The notes under the pieces were generated by a model that had not been told where the DNA came from, searched no databases, and worked only from the letters and a program-made list of their open reading frames with translations. Positions 27,170-35,938 of a stretch of 64,000 nucleotides of DNA are shown one piece after another. A program made the translations under genes and the position numbers. Origin of the DNA: a phage. Where the stretch lies: NCBI GenBank assembly GCA_018175275.1, contig GCA_018175275.1_4531.1. One strand, given 5' to 3'. Numbering within the stretch: position 1 is the first letter of the stretch; each line of letters begins with the position of its first letter.

Positions 27170-27861
27170 TGACGACAATTATTGCAACCAAGAATAAGAT
27201 TTTGAGTGATGGTAAGGTAACTTTTGGCGGACGTGTAGATTCTATTAATTTCAAAAAGGTCCGAAAAATTGGAGATTACCTTGTAGGTGGTGCTGGTCGT
27301 CTGACCTCCGTGCTTTCTTTCTTTCAATGGTTTGAACAAAACCTACAGTGCGAAGCAGCACGTGATGCTGTCCCTGGTTTGATGATTCATTCTGATCCAG
27401 ATAAAGAAGATGAAGAGTTTATTGCGCTTGTTGTTCATCCAGACGGACGTATTTTCCTGCACGAAGGTAACAATCCAACACGTGCATATCCGATTGATGA
27501 AGAATATTATGCAGTAGGAAGTGGGTCAGACTTTGCTTTAGCTGCTCTTGATGCAGGGGCAACACCAGAACAAGCTATGGAAGTAGCTAAAAAGCGAGAT
27601 GCTTTTTCTGGTGGTGAAACATTTATTGAAGAACAAGACGAGATTATTGAATTAACAGACGATGATTTAGAAAACTTCTCCAAAGAAGAATTAATCAATC
27701 TTTTGAAATTCGGTAATCCCTACGGTGAAGAAGAACCTCGTAACGTGGCAGGTAACGAGGCGGACACTGAAGAAAAATCTGTTGCAGAAAACAACTTGAC
27801 TTCTAAATCTGAAAATATTAATCTCGTAAATGTGGCGGATTTCGAAGGAACCGCTATTTAA
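27169..27861 (+). CDS. HslV (ClpQ)-like Ntn-hydrolase peptidase with acidic C-terminal extension
   Basis: N-terminal MTTII (Thr1), KKVRK, GGAG and AVGSGSDFALAA parallel HslV; GTG start after AGGAGGAAGAA. Confidence 0.6.
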   Translation: MTTIIATKNKILSDGKVTFGGRVDSINFKKVRKIGDYLVGGAGRLTSVLSFFQWFEQNLQCEAARDAVPGLMIHSDPDKEDEEFIALVVHPDGRIFLHEGNNPTRAYPIDEEYYAVGSGSDFALAALDAGATPEQAMEVAKKRDAFSGGETFIEEQDEIIELTDDDLENFSKEELINLLKFGNPYGEEEPRNVAGNEADTEEKSVAENNLTSKSENINLVNVADFEGTAI

Positions 27862-27865
27862 CAAA

Positions 27866-27888
27866 CTGCCCCTTCGGGGGCATTTCTT
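27866..27888 (+). terminator. rho-independent terminator
   Basis: GCCCC-TTCG-GGGGC followed by ATTTCTT. Confidence 0.5.
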
Positions 27889-27906
27889 AAACATAGGAGA
27901 TTAATA

Positions 27907-28341
27907 ATGTTACAAGTTCCTGCTAAGTTTGTTGAAGGCGCTATCCACTCTTACCGTCAAACATGTAAGAGGGCAAGAAACTGTTTAGATGGTCTGGTGG
28001 CAAAAACCTATACTGTTGAAAAGAAGAAACGTTGGTTTGGCAAAGATGTTTACGAAGTTAATATTTTTGGTGAACATAAACTAAACCACGATACTCCTGA
28101 AAACATGTTAGAAATATTTCTAAGAGATGACAAAATATCTCCTATGGATTACCAACTTTTAAAATTTTATGATTCTTCTTTGGCTATTGATAAGTTTGTT
28201 GAGGATATTTTGTCTAGAAAAACAGATAAAAACACTTATCCTCTAGAGGCTGATCAAATAGGATTATTAAACGAGATTTCATCTTTTAAAGAGTTGGATA
28301 ATATTACAAAAGAGGAGATTTTAGATGGCATTAGATTATGA
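27907..28341 (+). CDS. hypothetical protein
   Basis: 144-aa ORF; TAGGAGA upstream. Confidence 0.55.
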   Translation: MLQVPAKFVEGAIHSYRQTCKRARNCLDGLVAKTYTVEKKKRWFGKDVYEVNIFGEHKLNHDTPENMLEIFLRDDKISPMDYQLLKFYDSSLAIDKFVEDILSRKTDKNTYPLEADQIGLLNEISSFKELDNITKEEILDGIRL

Positions 28342-28834
28342 TCGCCCAACGAGCGATTATTATCCTACACCGCAAAAAGCAATCAATAGTTTGTTTAGTG
28401 TTATAGATTTCAAAAATCTAAAGGAAGAAGGTTGGGTTTTTGCAGAACCTTGCAGAGGTGAAGCTGAAGCGATTTATCGCCATTTTCCTGAAGGTTCAGA
28501 ATATTGTGAACTTGAAGAAGGTAAGGATTATTTTAGTCACGAGTGGGAAAATCGTCCCGACATTATAATCACAAACCCTCCATTTAAGTTAGCAATGGAG
28601 TTCTTGGAAAAGAGCTTAAAAGAGGCGGATGTTTGTATTTATCTTCTTCGGTTGGGCTTCTTGGAGTCAAAGAAACGACGAGAGTTCCATCAAAAGAATC
28701 CACCGACAAACCTTATAGTTCTTTCAGAACGGCCTTCGTTTGTTGCAGGTGGAACAGATAAGACAGCATACGCTTGGTATGTATACGACCCAAAGAATCG
28801 TTTGGGCCTCTCTCAACCATTTTATTTTGTTTAA
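28325..28834 (+). CDS. putative DNA N6-adenine methyltransferase (small phage Dam-like)
   Basis: YYPTP near N-terminus and catalytic-type NPPF tetrapeptide; 169 aa. Confidence 0.45.
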   Translation: MALDYDRPTSDYYPTPQKAINSLFSVIDFKNLKEEGWVFAEPCRGEAEAIYRHFPEGSEYCELEEGKDYFSHEWENRPDIIITNPPFKLAMEFLEKSLKEADVCIYLLRLGFLESKKRREFHQKNPPTNLIVLSERPSFVAGGTDKTAYAWYVYDPKNRLGLSQPFYFV

Positions 28835-28846
28835 GGAGTGTGAACT

Positions 28847-29083
28847 ATGGGTAAACTAATTATGACAGTGGCTATTGATTTTGATGAAGTAGATGAAAGC
28901 CTCAACCTTTCACTTTCTACTGATGTAGAGGGTGAAATGGATAATATTGAAGCAGCTACTGCTCTTTTCTTCAAAAAAGCTATTGAAGTTTATGCCGAAC
29001 ATGCTGCAAACCAAGCAGTAGACTATGGCGGCATCGTGCGAGCTTTGGTTCACTCTACCGAGAACAATGACTGGGAAGACTAA
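28847..29083 (+). CDS. hypothetical acidic protein
   Basis: 78-aa ORF; TAAGGAG upstream. Confidence 0.5.
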   Translation: MGKLIMTVAIDFDEVDESLNLSLSTDVEGEMDNIEAATALFFKKAIEVYAEHAANQAVDYGGIVRALVHSTENNDWED

Positions 29084-29286
29084 TGGCTTACAATTATTAC
29101 TGCATTTATGCACATGAAAAGAAAAAAGGTGACACTGGGACTAACGTTTATGCGGAGTCTGAATCTCATGCAAAAGAGATTGGTGCTATCCTTCTATCAC
29201 GCTGGACTGGAAATAATTACAGTGCAGAAGATATGTTTGCAGAAGTGGATTCTGGTATCCAAGAAGACAACATAACAACTACGTGA
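29083..29286 (+). CDS. hypothetical protein
   Basis: 67-aa ORF; TAATG overlap. Confidence 0.5.
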   Translation: MAYNYYCIYAHEKKKGDTGTNVYAESESHAKEIGAILLSRWTGNNYSAEDMFAEVDSGIQEDNITTT

Positions 29287-29332
29287 TATACTTATACTCC
29301 CTTCTCGGAGGGAGTATTTTTAAGGAGGGATT

Positions 29333-29527
29333 ATGCAGAGCGGAGAAGAACTTTTAGAGAAACAATTCTCAACGCGTCAACAAGCTTTAAGTTATATGGT
29401 TTTTCTAAGTAATCTTGATGTGAATGAGATACTTTTACGGCGCGAAGGTAATTTCTGGAGCGTTAAATATCATGCAACAAGGTCTGTAATCTACCTGGAA
29501 GAGGCGGAATTCTCTTTGGTAGAATGA
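29333..29527 (+). CDS. hypothetical protein
   Basis: 64-aa ORF; AAGGAGGG upstream; preceded by hairpin/T-run at 29292-29322. Confidence 0.5.
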   Translation: MQSGEELLEKQFSTRQQALSYMVFLSNLDVNEILLRREGNFWSVKYHATRSVIYLEEAEFSLVE

Positions 29528-29541
29528 TCCGAGGAGTAGTT

Positions 29542-30114
29542 ATGCGTTCAACTTTCACTGGCAAAATAAACGCTGGTTTGATTTTTACCGCAGTAAGCAT
29601 TCTTAGCAAAAAGTTTAAAGTTGTTAACTTACCTGTGTGTGTCGATTTCGATCATGTTTTTGATCCTTCGAACCCCACTCGTTGCATAGTAAGGAGTAAT
29701 GTTGAAAACCCAACAGAAAATCTTTTTTATGTAACAAAACCATCTCAAAGCATACTTAACCAGGTTGAGGCGAAATTGATACCTAACGGTAAATATTACT
29801 CCTTTTTACCTTGTAAGTCGGTTGAAGTAGAGAATAGCAGTACTTTCGCTAACAACTTGTCTGTATTCGTTTTCTTTGTTTCGCACGAAGATGAAACAGA
29901 TGAAATGGTAGCAACAGTGAGATCACTTTATGACTCTTTAGGGGTTGTTTATAGACAACAAGTGTGCGAAAATAATAAAGCCTGTGTAGATTTCATTATC
30001 AACGGTATTTGTGTTTGTAGAGTAGAATCTTTTTGGCTGCACGATACATATGTGACTGTAGCAGAGGTTATATCTGAACCAAAATTTAGTCATGCGGTTT
30101 CGTTAATAATTTGA
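29542..30114 (+). CDS. hypothetical protein
   Basis: Internal ATG of track ORF 29524..30114 with GAGGAG upstream. Confidence 0.55.
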   Translation: MRSTFTGKINAGLIFTAVSILSKKFKVVNLPVCVDFDHVFDPSNPTRCIVRSNVENPTENLFYVTKPSQSILNQVEAKLIPNGKYYSFLPCKSVEVENSSTFANNLSVFVFFVSHEDETDEMVATVRSLYDSLGVVYRQQVCENNKACVDFIINGICVCRVESFWLHDTYVTVAEVISEPKFSHAVSLII

Positions 30115-30124
30115 GGAGGAAGGA

Positions 30125-30454
30125 ATGGAAATTACTACAGAACAAGCCCTTATCGACGAGGGTCGTAAAATCTTAGAAAAGCATTTAGGGGAGATTCATA
30201 AAACTCCTGGCTATTTGGGTTGGAGAATTGTTGAAGCTGTAGATTTCCTTCCTCGTAACAGTAAAAGCGTCGAAATGCGATCTCTTTTCTTATTAGTAAA
30301 GGTGGATGGGGATACACCTTTTAAAGATGCCGCAGAGCATATTGAAAAAGTTGAAGAGAAAGCTTATGCAGAATTTGCCGATCTTGTTTTAGAACAAAAG
30401 ATTGAAGGAAAGGTGAATATTTTTATTTTCTTAGATTTTGAGGAGGATAAGTGA
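30125..30454 (+). CDS. hypothetical protein
   Basis: 109-aa ORF; GAGGAGGAAGG upstream. Confidence 0.55.
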   Translation: MEITTEQALIDEGRKILEKHLGEIHKTPGYLGWRIVEAVDFLPRNSKSVEMRSLFLLVKVDGDTPFKDAAEHIEKVEEKAYAEFADLVLEQKIEGKVNIFIFLDFEEDK

Positions 30455-31194
30455 TCATACATAGAGAAATTACTGTTAAAAGCGATCAAGATCTTTTTAT
30501 AATTGGAGATCTACACGGTTGTTATAATTTGTATGAAAAAGGAAAGGCAAAGTTAGGTATCCGAGATACAGATGTAGTTGTATCTTTAGGAGATCTTACT
30601 GACCGTGGAAAGCAAAACTTTCGTTGTGTTTTAGAATTTACTCGTAAACACAACCGCTACGCTATTCGTGGAAATCATGAAGACATGATGATTAAAGGTA
30701 TGCTGGAAGGAGATCGTAGCTACTTCGAGTGTTGGTATCAAAATGGAGGATATACAGTCCTTGAAGAATGTGGTGAAGAAGGAGCTACAGCCTTAGCAAT
30801 GATGACAGAAGATTTACCTGTTGTTCTCATTGTTAACTACAGAGGCATGAAACTTGCGTTTATTCATGGTGGGTATCCATCTTCTTTGGAATATCTCCCT
30901 GTAACAGATATTCCAGAATACACTTTGAAGATGACAAAAACACAGGAAAACCGTTTTGCTGAAGCACTTATGTGGGACAGAGATATGGTGGACTGTGCTA
31001 AAGAGGGAATGAAACTTCCTGTTGTGATGGGTGTGGACTATGTGTTTCATGGACACTCTTATGTAAAAACACCTATTATCAATGCGAATCGTGTTTATAT
31101 GGATACTGGATCTGTGTTCAATAATAACTTAACATTTGCTTATTTCGATATGGACGGTGGTCTTCAATTTTATTCAACTCTTGAGGAGGATTAA
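30451..31194 (+). CDS. PPP-family Ser/Thr protein phosphatase (lambda PPase / ApaH-like)
   Basis: GDLHG, GDLTDRG and GNHE motifs in order; GTG start after GAGGAGGA. Confidence 0.75.
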   Translation: MIIHREITVKSDQDLFIIGDLHGCYNLYEKGKAKLGIRDTDVVVSLGDLTDRGKQNFRCVLEFTRKHNRYAIRGNHEDMMIKGMLEGDRSYFECWYQNGGYTVLEECGEEGATALAMMTEDLPVVLIVNYRGMKLAFIHGGYPSSLEYLPVTDIPEYTLKMTKTQENRFAEALMWDRDMVDCAKEGMKLPVVMGVDYVFHGHSYVKTPIINANRVYMDTGSVFNNNLTFAYFDMDGGLQFYSTLEED

Positions 31195-31505
31195 TGTATA
31201 AGATTACAATTATTCAAAGTGTAGGTAATATCCGTAAAGAAGTTATCTTAGAAACAGAAGATGTTAATCTTGTTCGTGAGATTGTTTTTAAGGAAGATGA
31301 CCTGCAAGCTGTAGAATCGGATGCACCGAATCTTATGGTGGATCAAGAATATTCTGAACTTCGTCGTATTTTTGAAGAGATTCAGAAGAAAGAAACACAA
31401 CCTACCATAAAACCTTTTGGTCCTTATGATCCGAGCAATCCTAGCAGTCCTTGGATCATGAGAAATACGGAACCCTATTATGCACCTTTTGAAATTACTT
31501 GCTGA
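31194..31505 (+). CDS. hypothetical protein
   Basis: 103-aa ORF; GAGGAGGA upstream. Confidence 0.55.
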   Translation: MYKITIIQSVGNIRKEVILETEDVNLVREIVFKEDDLQAVESDAPNLMVDQEYSELRRIFEEIQKKETQPTIKPFGPYDPSNPSSPWIMRNTEPYYAPFEITC

Positions 31506-31512
31506 GGTGTTT

Positions 31513-32094
31513 ATGGCAGAATTGTTTTATACGGGAGTTGGAAGTAGAGACATCTCCAAAGAAGAGTGGGCTTTGATGGTAGGCATAGGGAAATGGCTTT
31601 CCAACCTTGGATTTAAATTAAGGTCTGGGAAGGCAGAGGGTAGTGATTCTGCTTTTGAAACAGGTGTCCAAGAGTCTGAAAATCCTAGCAACAAGGAGAT
31701 TTATGTACCTTGGGAAAATTTCAAAGGTAATCAGATTCCAGGTGATGTTATTGTTCTTGCAAAACCAGATACAATGAACTATGCTATCTCTGTGCAATGG
31801 ATCAAAGATGTTCACCCAGCTTATGAAAAGCTTAAGCAGGGCGCTAGAAAATTGCACCAACGTAATGTGCATCAGGTGTTAGGTAAAGATTTGGAGAATC
31901 CTGCTCCATCATGTTTCTTGTTGGCTTGTGCCGATACTGATAAACATGGAGATGCAAAAGGTGGAACAGCTACGGCTTGGAAGATAGCTAAAGCCAATAA
32001 TGTTCCTTGTTTAAACATTCGTGGGAAAACAAAACAAGAGATTTACGATTTTCTACGACCTTTGGTAATGAGGGCAATAACAAGTGATTCCTAA
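31513..32094 (+). CDS. DprA/Smf-like Rossmann-fold (SLOG-type) protein
   Basis: GVGSRDIS, SGKAEGSD, QRN and GGTATA segments in DprA-like order; internal ATG of track ORF 31480..32094. Confidence 0.45.
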   Translation: MAELFYTGVGSRDISKEEWALMVGIGKWLSNLGFKLRSGKAEGSDSAFETGVQESENPSNKEIYVPWENFKGNQIPGDVIVLAKPDTMNYAISVQWIKDVHPAYEKLKQGARKLHQRNVHQVLGKDLENPAPSCFLLACADTDKHGDAKGGTATAWKIAKANNVPCLNIRGKTKQEIYDFLRPLVMRAITSDS

Positions 32095-32596
32095 ACGTAA
32101 ACGTGGTGAACAAAGAACAAACTTGGCAGAAATCTTAGATTACAACATGGTTAATGATGTGACAAAAGAAATTCTGCCTGTTGTAGAAGATATTCTTCAA
32201 AGAGGGTTACGATTCTGCTCGGATCGGGTGCATTTCATGTGGACACATAAAAGTGACTCCGCTTTGAATTTCTATCCTTTGGACTATACTCTGAACAATA
32301 CGGAGATGAAAGATATCAACAAATACTTAATGGGATATAAAGATATAACAGAAACTGTTCTTGGAGAATTGGCAGAAATCTTGGCTAACGATATCCTTAG
32401 AAATATTAATAAGGCTCTTGACAGAAGCCCAGCAGGAGTAGTAGTATCTTTTGCTGTGCCAGATATGGTTAAATATGAGTCTACAATACCTAATAAAGCT
32501 TATGCCTTTCTTCGGAGAGACGTTCGTGGAAATGTGTTGGAGATGGAGTCAAACTACAAGATTGAGGAGGTTTTATGGCAGAGTTCGGATCAGTAA
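32084..32596 (+). CDS. hypothetical protein
   Basis: 170-aa ORF, GTG start. Confidence 0.5.
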   Translation: MIPKRKRGEQRTNLAEILDYNMVNDVTKEILPVVEDILQRGLRFCSDRVHFMWTHKSDSALNFYPLDYTLNNTEMKDINKYLMGYKDITETVLGELAEILANDILRNINKALDRSPAGVVVSFAVPDMVKYESTIPNKAYAFLRRDVRGNVLEMESNYKIEEVLWQSSDQ

Positions 32597-32865
32597 CAAG
32601 TTTTGAAAGTAACTTCGTTACCGCTTGGGAAGCTTGGGATGAAATGGGTGTTGGGGAACTTTATTTTTACAATGTAACACTACGTCCAGAGTATGCTTAC
32701 CTGGTACCAGAAGGAACAGTTCAAATTGGCATGTATTTGTCTTCTCAAGACGGTGTTGTTCAATTTGAGTTTTATTCTAACACAACGGACAACGAATTTA
32801 CATACCGCGCATTTCATGTCAACATGTCTTTAGGAGAGGAGAAATTTTATGACGACCAAGTTTAA
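32575..32865 (+). CDS. hypothetical protein
   Basis: 96-aa ORF; GGAGG upstream. Confidence 0.5.
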   Translation: MAEFGSVTSFESNFVTAWEAWDEMGVGELYFYNVTLRPEYAYLVPEGTVQIGMYLSSQDGVVQFEFYSNTTDNEFTYRAFHVNMSLGEEKFYDDQV

Positions 32866-33046
32866 AACAGTAGAAGAAGCCGTAAAAGCAGCTTATGATG
32901 CTTTAGCGGAAGCAGAGCAGTTAGCAGACGAGACTGGAGAAGGTTTCCATTTCTCCCCTGAATATGGGATGGGTGGTTATTATGATCCAGAAGATGAAAA
33001 TGAGAATACTGGGACAAATTGGCATCCATCTTCTTTAAGTTGTTAA
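32849..33046 (+). CDS. small acidic protein, W-x-(P)-S-S-(L)-S-C C-terminal family
   Basis: 65 aa ending NWHPSSLSC; GGAGAGGAG upstream. Confidence 0.5.
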   Translation: MTTKFKTVEEAVKAAYDALAEAEQLADETGEGFHFSPEYGMGGYYDPEDENENTGTNWHPSSLSC

Positions 33047-33057
33047 TAGGAGGTAAA

Positions 33058-33333
33058 GTGGGAATCGAAGATATCAAAGGTTATAAGGCGCATACTGACG
33101 ATAAGATTGGCAAGGTTAACGCTATTAAAGATGCAGAAGAGCGTTTAGGTTTAATCTTCAAAGCTTTAGAGGAAGAGTATTGTGAAGCATATCATGGGTC
33201 TTTTGACGGCACAGAAAAAGAATTAGATGTTGCATACGAGCGTATTGATCAAATCCGTTGTGCTATTAAACATTTAAAAGAAGCTAGTATGTGGGCTTGT
33301 CGTTCAGTTTTCCAACCGGAGGAGAAATACTAA
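33058..33333 (+). CDS. hypothetical protein
   Basis: GTG start after TAGGAGGT inside track ORF 33019..33333. Confidence 0.45.
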   Translation: MGIEDIKGYKAHTDDKIGKVNAIKDAEERLGLIFKALEEEYCEAYHGSFDGTEKELDVAYERIDQIRCAIKHLKEASMWACRSVFQPEEKY

Positions 33334-33551
33334 TGAGTGATCGTAATGTTGAAGAATTAACTGAAAAAGCCCAAGCTATTATGGCTTTAGTGGACGAACT
33401 TACAAAAGAAGCTGAAGATGCTGGTTTTGGTCTTAGTTTAGAAGATAACGCAATCTGTTTTGAAGATTGGCAATCCTCTTCTTGTTATGGTGAAGGTGAT
33501 GATGGTTTTGTCGTTAATTCTCAAGGTGTTTGGCATAGTAGTAGCTGTTAA
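33333..33551 (+). CDS. small acidic protein, W-x-S-S-S-C C-terminal family
   Basis: 72 aa ending GVWHSSSC (also internal DWQSSSC); GGAGGAGAAA upstream. Confidence 0.5.
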   Translation: MSDRNVEELTEKAQAIMALVDELTKEAEDAGFGLSLEDNAICFEDWQSSSCYGEGDDGFVVNSQGVWHSSSC

Positions 33552-33560
33552 GGAGAGATT

Positions 33561-33833
33561 GTGGAGTCTGAAGGCGAACTGCTGATAAAAAAGAAAGTTA
33601 AAGAGATGGAACAAGCACAGAGAAAGTTTCGTAAGGAAATTGAAGAACTTTGTGAACAGTTTCAGGAACAAGCTTGGATAGGTGACTACGGCAACGGAGA
33701 AACTTATTACCCTACAGGAACGCCAGCCGCAGATCACTATATTGATTTCATTTGTGAAGATTATGGTGTAGAGTTGGATGAAAATGGTTTAACCACAAGA
33801 GGTGTTTGGATCTCTTCTTCCTCAATGTGTTAG
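33561..33833 (+). CDS. small acidic protein, W-x-S-S-S-x-C C-terminal family
   Basis: 90 aa ending GVWISSSSMC; GTG start after AAGGAGAG. Confidence 0.5.
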   Translation: MESEGELLIKKKVKEMEQAQRKFRKEIEELCEQFQEQAWIGDYGNGETYYPTGTPAADHYIDFICEDYGVELDENGLTTRGVWISSSSMC

Positions 33834-33841
33834 TAAATAAT

Positions 33842-33865
33842 AACCCGCTTCGGCGGGTTTTTTAT
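33842..33865 (+). terminator. rho-independent terminator
   Basis: ACCCGC-TTCG-GCGGGT followed by TTTTTT. Confidence 0.6.
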
Positions 33866-33893
33866 TGACAGGAATCTGGAAGCTTGATAAACT
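33865..33893 (+). promoter_or_regulatory. sigma70-type promoter
   Basis: TTGACA-17 bp-TAAACT immediately after terminator. Confidence 0.5.
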
Positions 33894-33923
33894 TAACCTA
33901 TCAACCAATAGAGGAGAAATATT

Positions 33924-34865
33924 ATGGTGTTAATTGGTAGCCGTGCATTACAAATTCATGCTATGGACATGGGAAAAGACTTGTATCGCCCTTGTGTAGA
34001 TTTAGATTATCTCTGTACAGAACAAGAGTGGGAAGAATTATCAAAAATGTTCTCTCAAGACGAGTTTGTTGAACTTGTAGAACGTAAAGGGAACAAAGGC
34101 CATGTCAAAATGATAGCTGGTGCACATTTGGAATACGATATTGCTTCTCAAGGAGATAGCACAGAAGCTTTGATTAGTTATTGTGAAGATTCTGATGATG
34201 TTCGTCGAACTTACGCTGGACATGTTGTTGCTCCTTTAGATGTGCTCTACCTTCTTAAAATGAGTCATCGTTTTAAAAAGGATAGTCCTCACTTCTTTAA
34301 AACTATGAAAGATATTCATTTCATGCGGTCACTGGGCGCAAAGATCCCAGAAAATCTTAAGAGTATTTATGAGTTGCGTGAGAAAGAAACATACACTTAC
34401 TCTCATCCGAACTTAAACGTAAAAAGTAAAGAGTTCTTTAAAGGTGACGAGGTTCCGTATGTTTATGATCATGATTCTATCCATGAAGCAATCGCGTTAA
34501 TGGATGCTCCAGCATATAAATCTTATATGAAAGATGGAAGTGAAGTTATGACCAGCAAAGAAAAGTTTTTTGCTCAACCAAAACATGTGCGGCTGTTAGG
34601 TGTTTATGAAGAAGCGTGTGTTTTGGCTTTGGAACGTTCACAAATTCCTTTCGGTGAAGAGATCGGAGGTCCAACCCCTAAGCAAAGTTTTATAATGGCT
34701 TTATCTAAAGTCTGCACATCCATCACTAGTGGTTGGTTTAGGGAATATGCTTGGGAAAACTTTTATGTTGTTATTAAGCTATATGAAAACATGGGCGAAA
34801 ACGACTATGTTGAACGTTTTAAAGCTAATCAACATGTAGTAAAGCCTTTTGAAGGAGGTTATTAA
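33924..34865 (+). CDS. hypothetical protein with possible minimal nucleotidyltransferase motif
   Basis: 313 aa; N-terminal GS...DLD arrangement; GAGGAGAAA upstream. Confidence 0.55.
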   Translation: MVLIGSRALQIHAMDMGKDLYRPCVDLDYLCTEQEWEELSKMFSQDEFVELVERKGNKGHVKMIAGAHLEYDIASQGDSTEALISYCEDSDDVRRTYAGHVVAPLDVLYLLKMSHRFKKDSPHFFKTMKDIHFMRSLGAKIPENLKSIYELREKETYTYSHPNLNVKSKEFFKGDEVPYVYDHDSIHEAIALMDAPAYKSYMKDGSEVMTSKEKFFAQPKHVRLLGVYEEACVLALERSQIPFGEEIGGPTPKQSFIMALSKVCTSITSGWFREYAWENFYVVIKLYENMGENDYVERFKANQHVVKPFEGGY

Positions 34866-34866
34866 T

Positions 34867-35262
34867 ATGTGTGGATATCTTTCAGAAAGTTATTTCAAAG
34901 TGACGCATGAGGATTTAGAAAAAGCACGATTGAAACTGACAGCTATTATTGAATACTCTAATACTGTTGAACACAGATTAAAGACTACTAAAGTATCTGT
35001 TCCTTGTTGGTTAGGTTTACGGCATAAAATAATGTCTCAACATGACCATGTTGTTCGAGAGATGCATGGTTGGTGTTGGTTTCACGATGTGGCTCTGCAT
35101 TTTGGTTATATTACAGAAGAAGAGCATAGATTCTGTGAACTAACATATCGTATTCCAACCCTTCACGATTTAGATTTGTGGAAGAAAGCAAACGAGATTT
35201 TTCTTACAGAAAGTGATTGGCGTAAAGTTATGGCTTGTCTTGAATGGAGGGGTAATGAGTAA
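34867..35262 (+). CDS. hypothetical protein
   Basis: Internal ATG of track ORF 34849..35262 with GGAGG 8 nt upstream. Confidence 0.5.
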   Translation: MCGYLSESYFKVTHEDLEKARLKLTAIIEYSNTVEHRLKTTKVSVPCWLGLRHKIMSQHDHVVREMHGWCWFHDVALHFGYITEEEHRFCELTYRIPTLHDLDLWKKANEIFLTESDWRKVMACLEWRGNE

Positions 35263-35938
35263 AACAGTTTTGTCTATGTTTGACGGATCTGGGATCATGG
35301 TGTTACGTTATGCCGAAGCAGGTCACAAGTGTTTTTGTGTAAACGCTGATGAAGGGGATCACGGTAAATACGAGGTTAGGATGGAGCACCCAAACATAAC
35401 CTATGTGAATGCTTGGATAGATTCTACATTCAACCCTGAAGATCATGGGATACCTAAACCCGATATTATTTTTGGATTTCCACCTTGCACTATGTTAGCA
35501 GGTAGTGGTAGCAAACACGAACGCAGCACAGAGGAATTGGATGAAGCTTTAGCTAATATTCGTGTAGTGGAAGCTTTGGGTAACAAATATAATGTTCCTT
35601 GGATGATTGAGAACCCAGTAGGTAAACTTTCAACCTTATGGCGTAAACCCGATTTTTACTTTGATCCTTATGAGTATGGTGGGTATTTGTTTGAAGAGGA
35701 AGGAAGCTTTCATCCTAAAATGCCTACCCGTGATGGGTATACAAAGAAAACTTGTATTTGGCACGGCAATGGTTTTGTTCAACCAGTGAAGAAACCAGTA
35801 GATCATATAGGCTGCTTCTGGGGTTGGAAAAGCTTAGGTGGAGCTAGTGCAAAAACAAAACAACTTAGATCCCTAACCGCACGTGGTTTTGCTCGTGCCG
35901 TGTTTTTGTCTAACAATCTTCTAGATAAGGAGAAATAA
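35255..35938 (+). CDS. C5-pyrimidine methyltransferase-like protein (compact, no obvious TRD)
   Basis: FDGSG (motif I-like), GFPPCT (PCQ-like with Cys), ENPVG (ENV-like); internal ATG of track ORF 35213..35938. Confidence 0.5.
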   Translation: MSKTVLSMFDGSGIMVLRYAEAGHKCFCVNADEGDHGKYEVRMEHPNITYVNAWIDSTFNPEDHGIPKPDIIFGFPPCTMLAGSGSKHERSTEELDEALANIRVVEALGNKYNVPWMIENPVGKLSTLWRKPDFYFDPYEYGGYLFEEEGSFHPKMPTRDGYTKKTCIWHGNGFVQPVKKPVDHIGCFWGWKSLGGASAKTKQLRSLTARGFARAVFLSNNLLDKEK

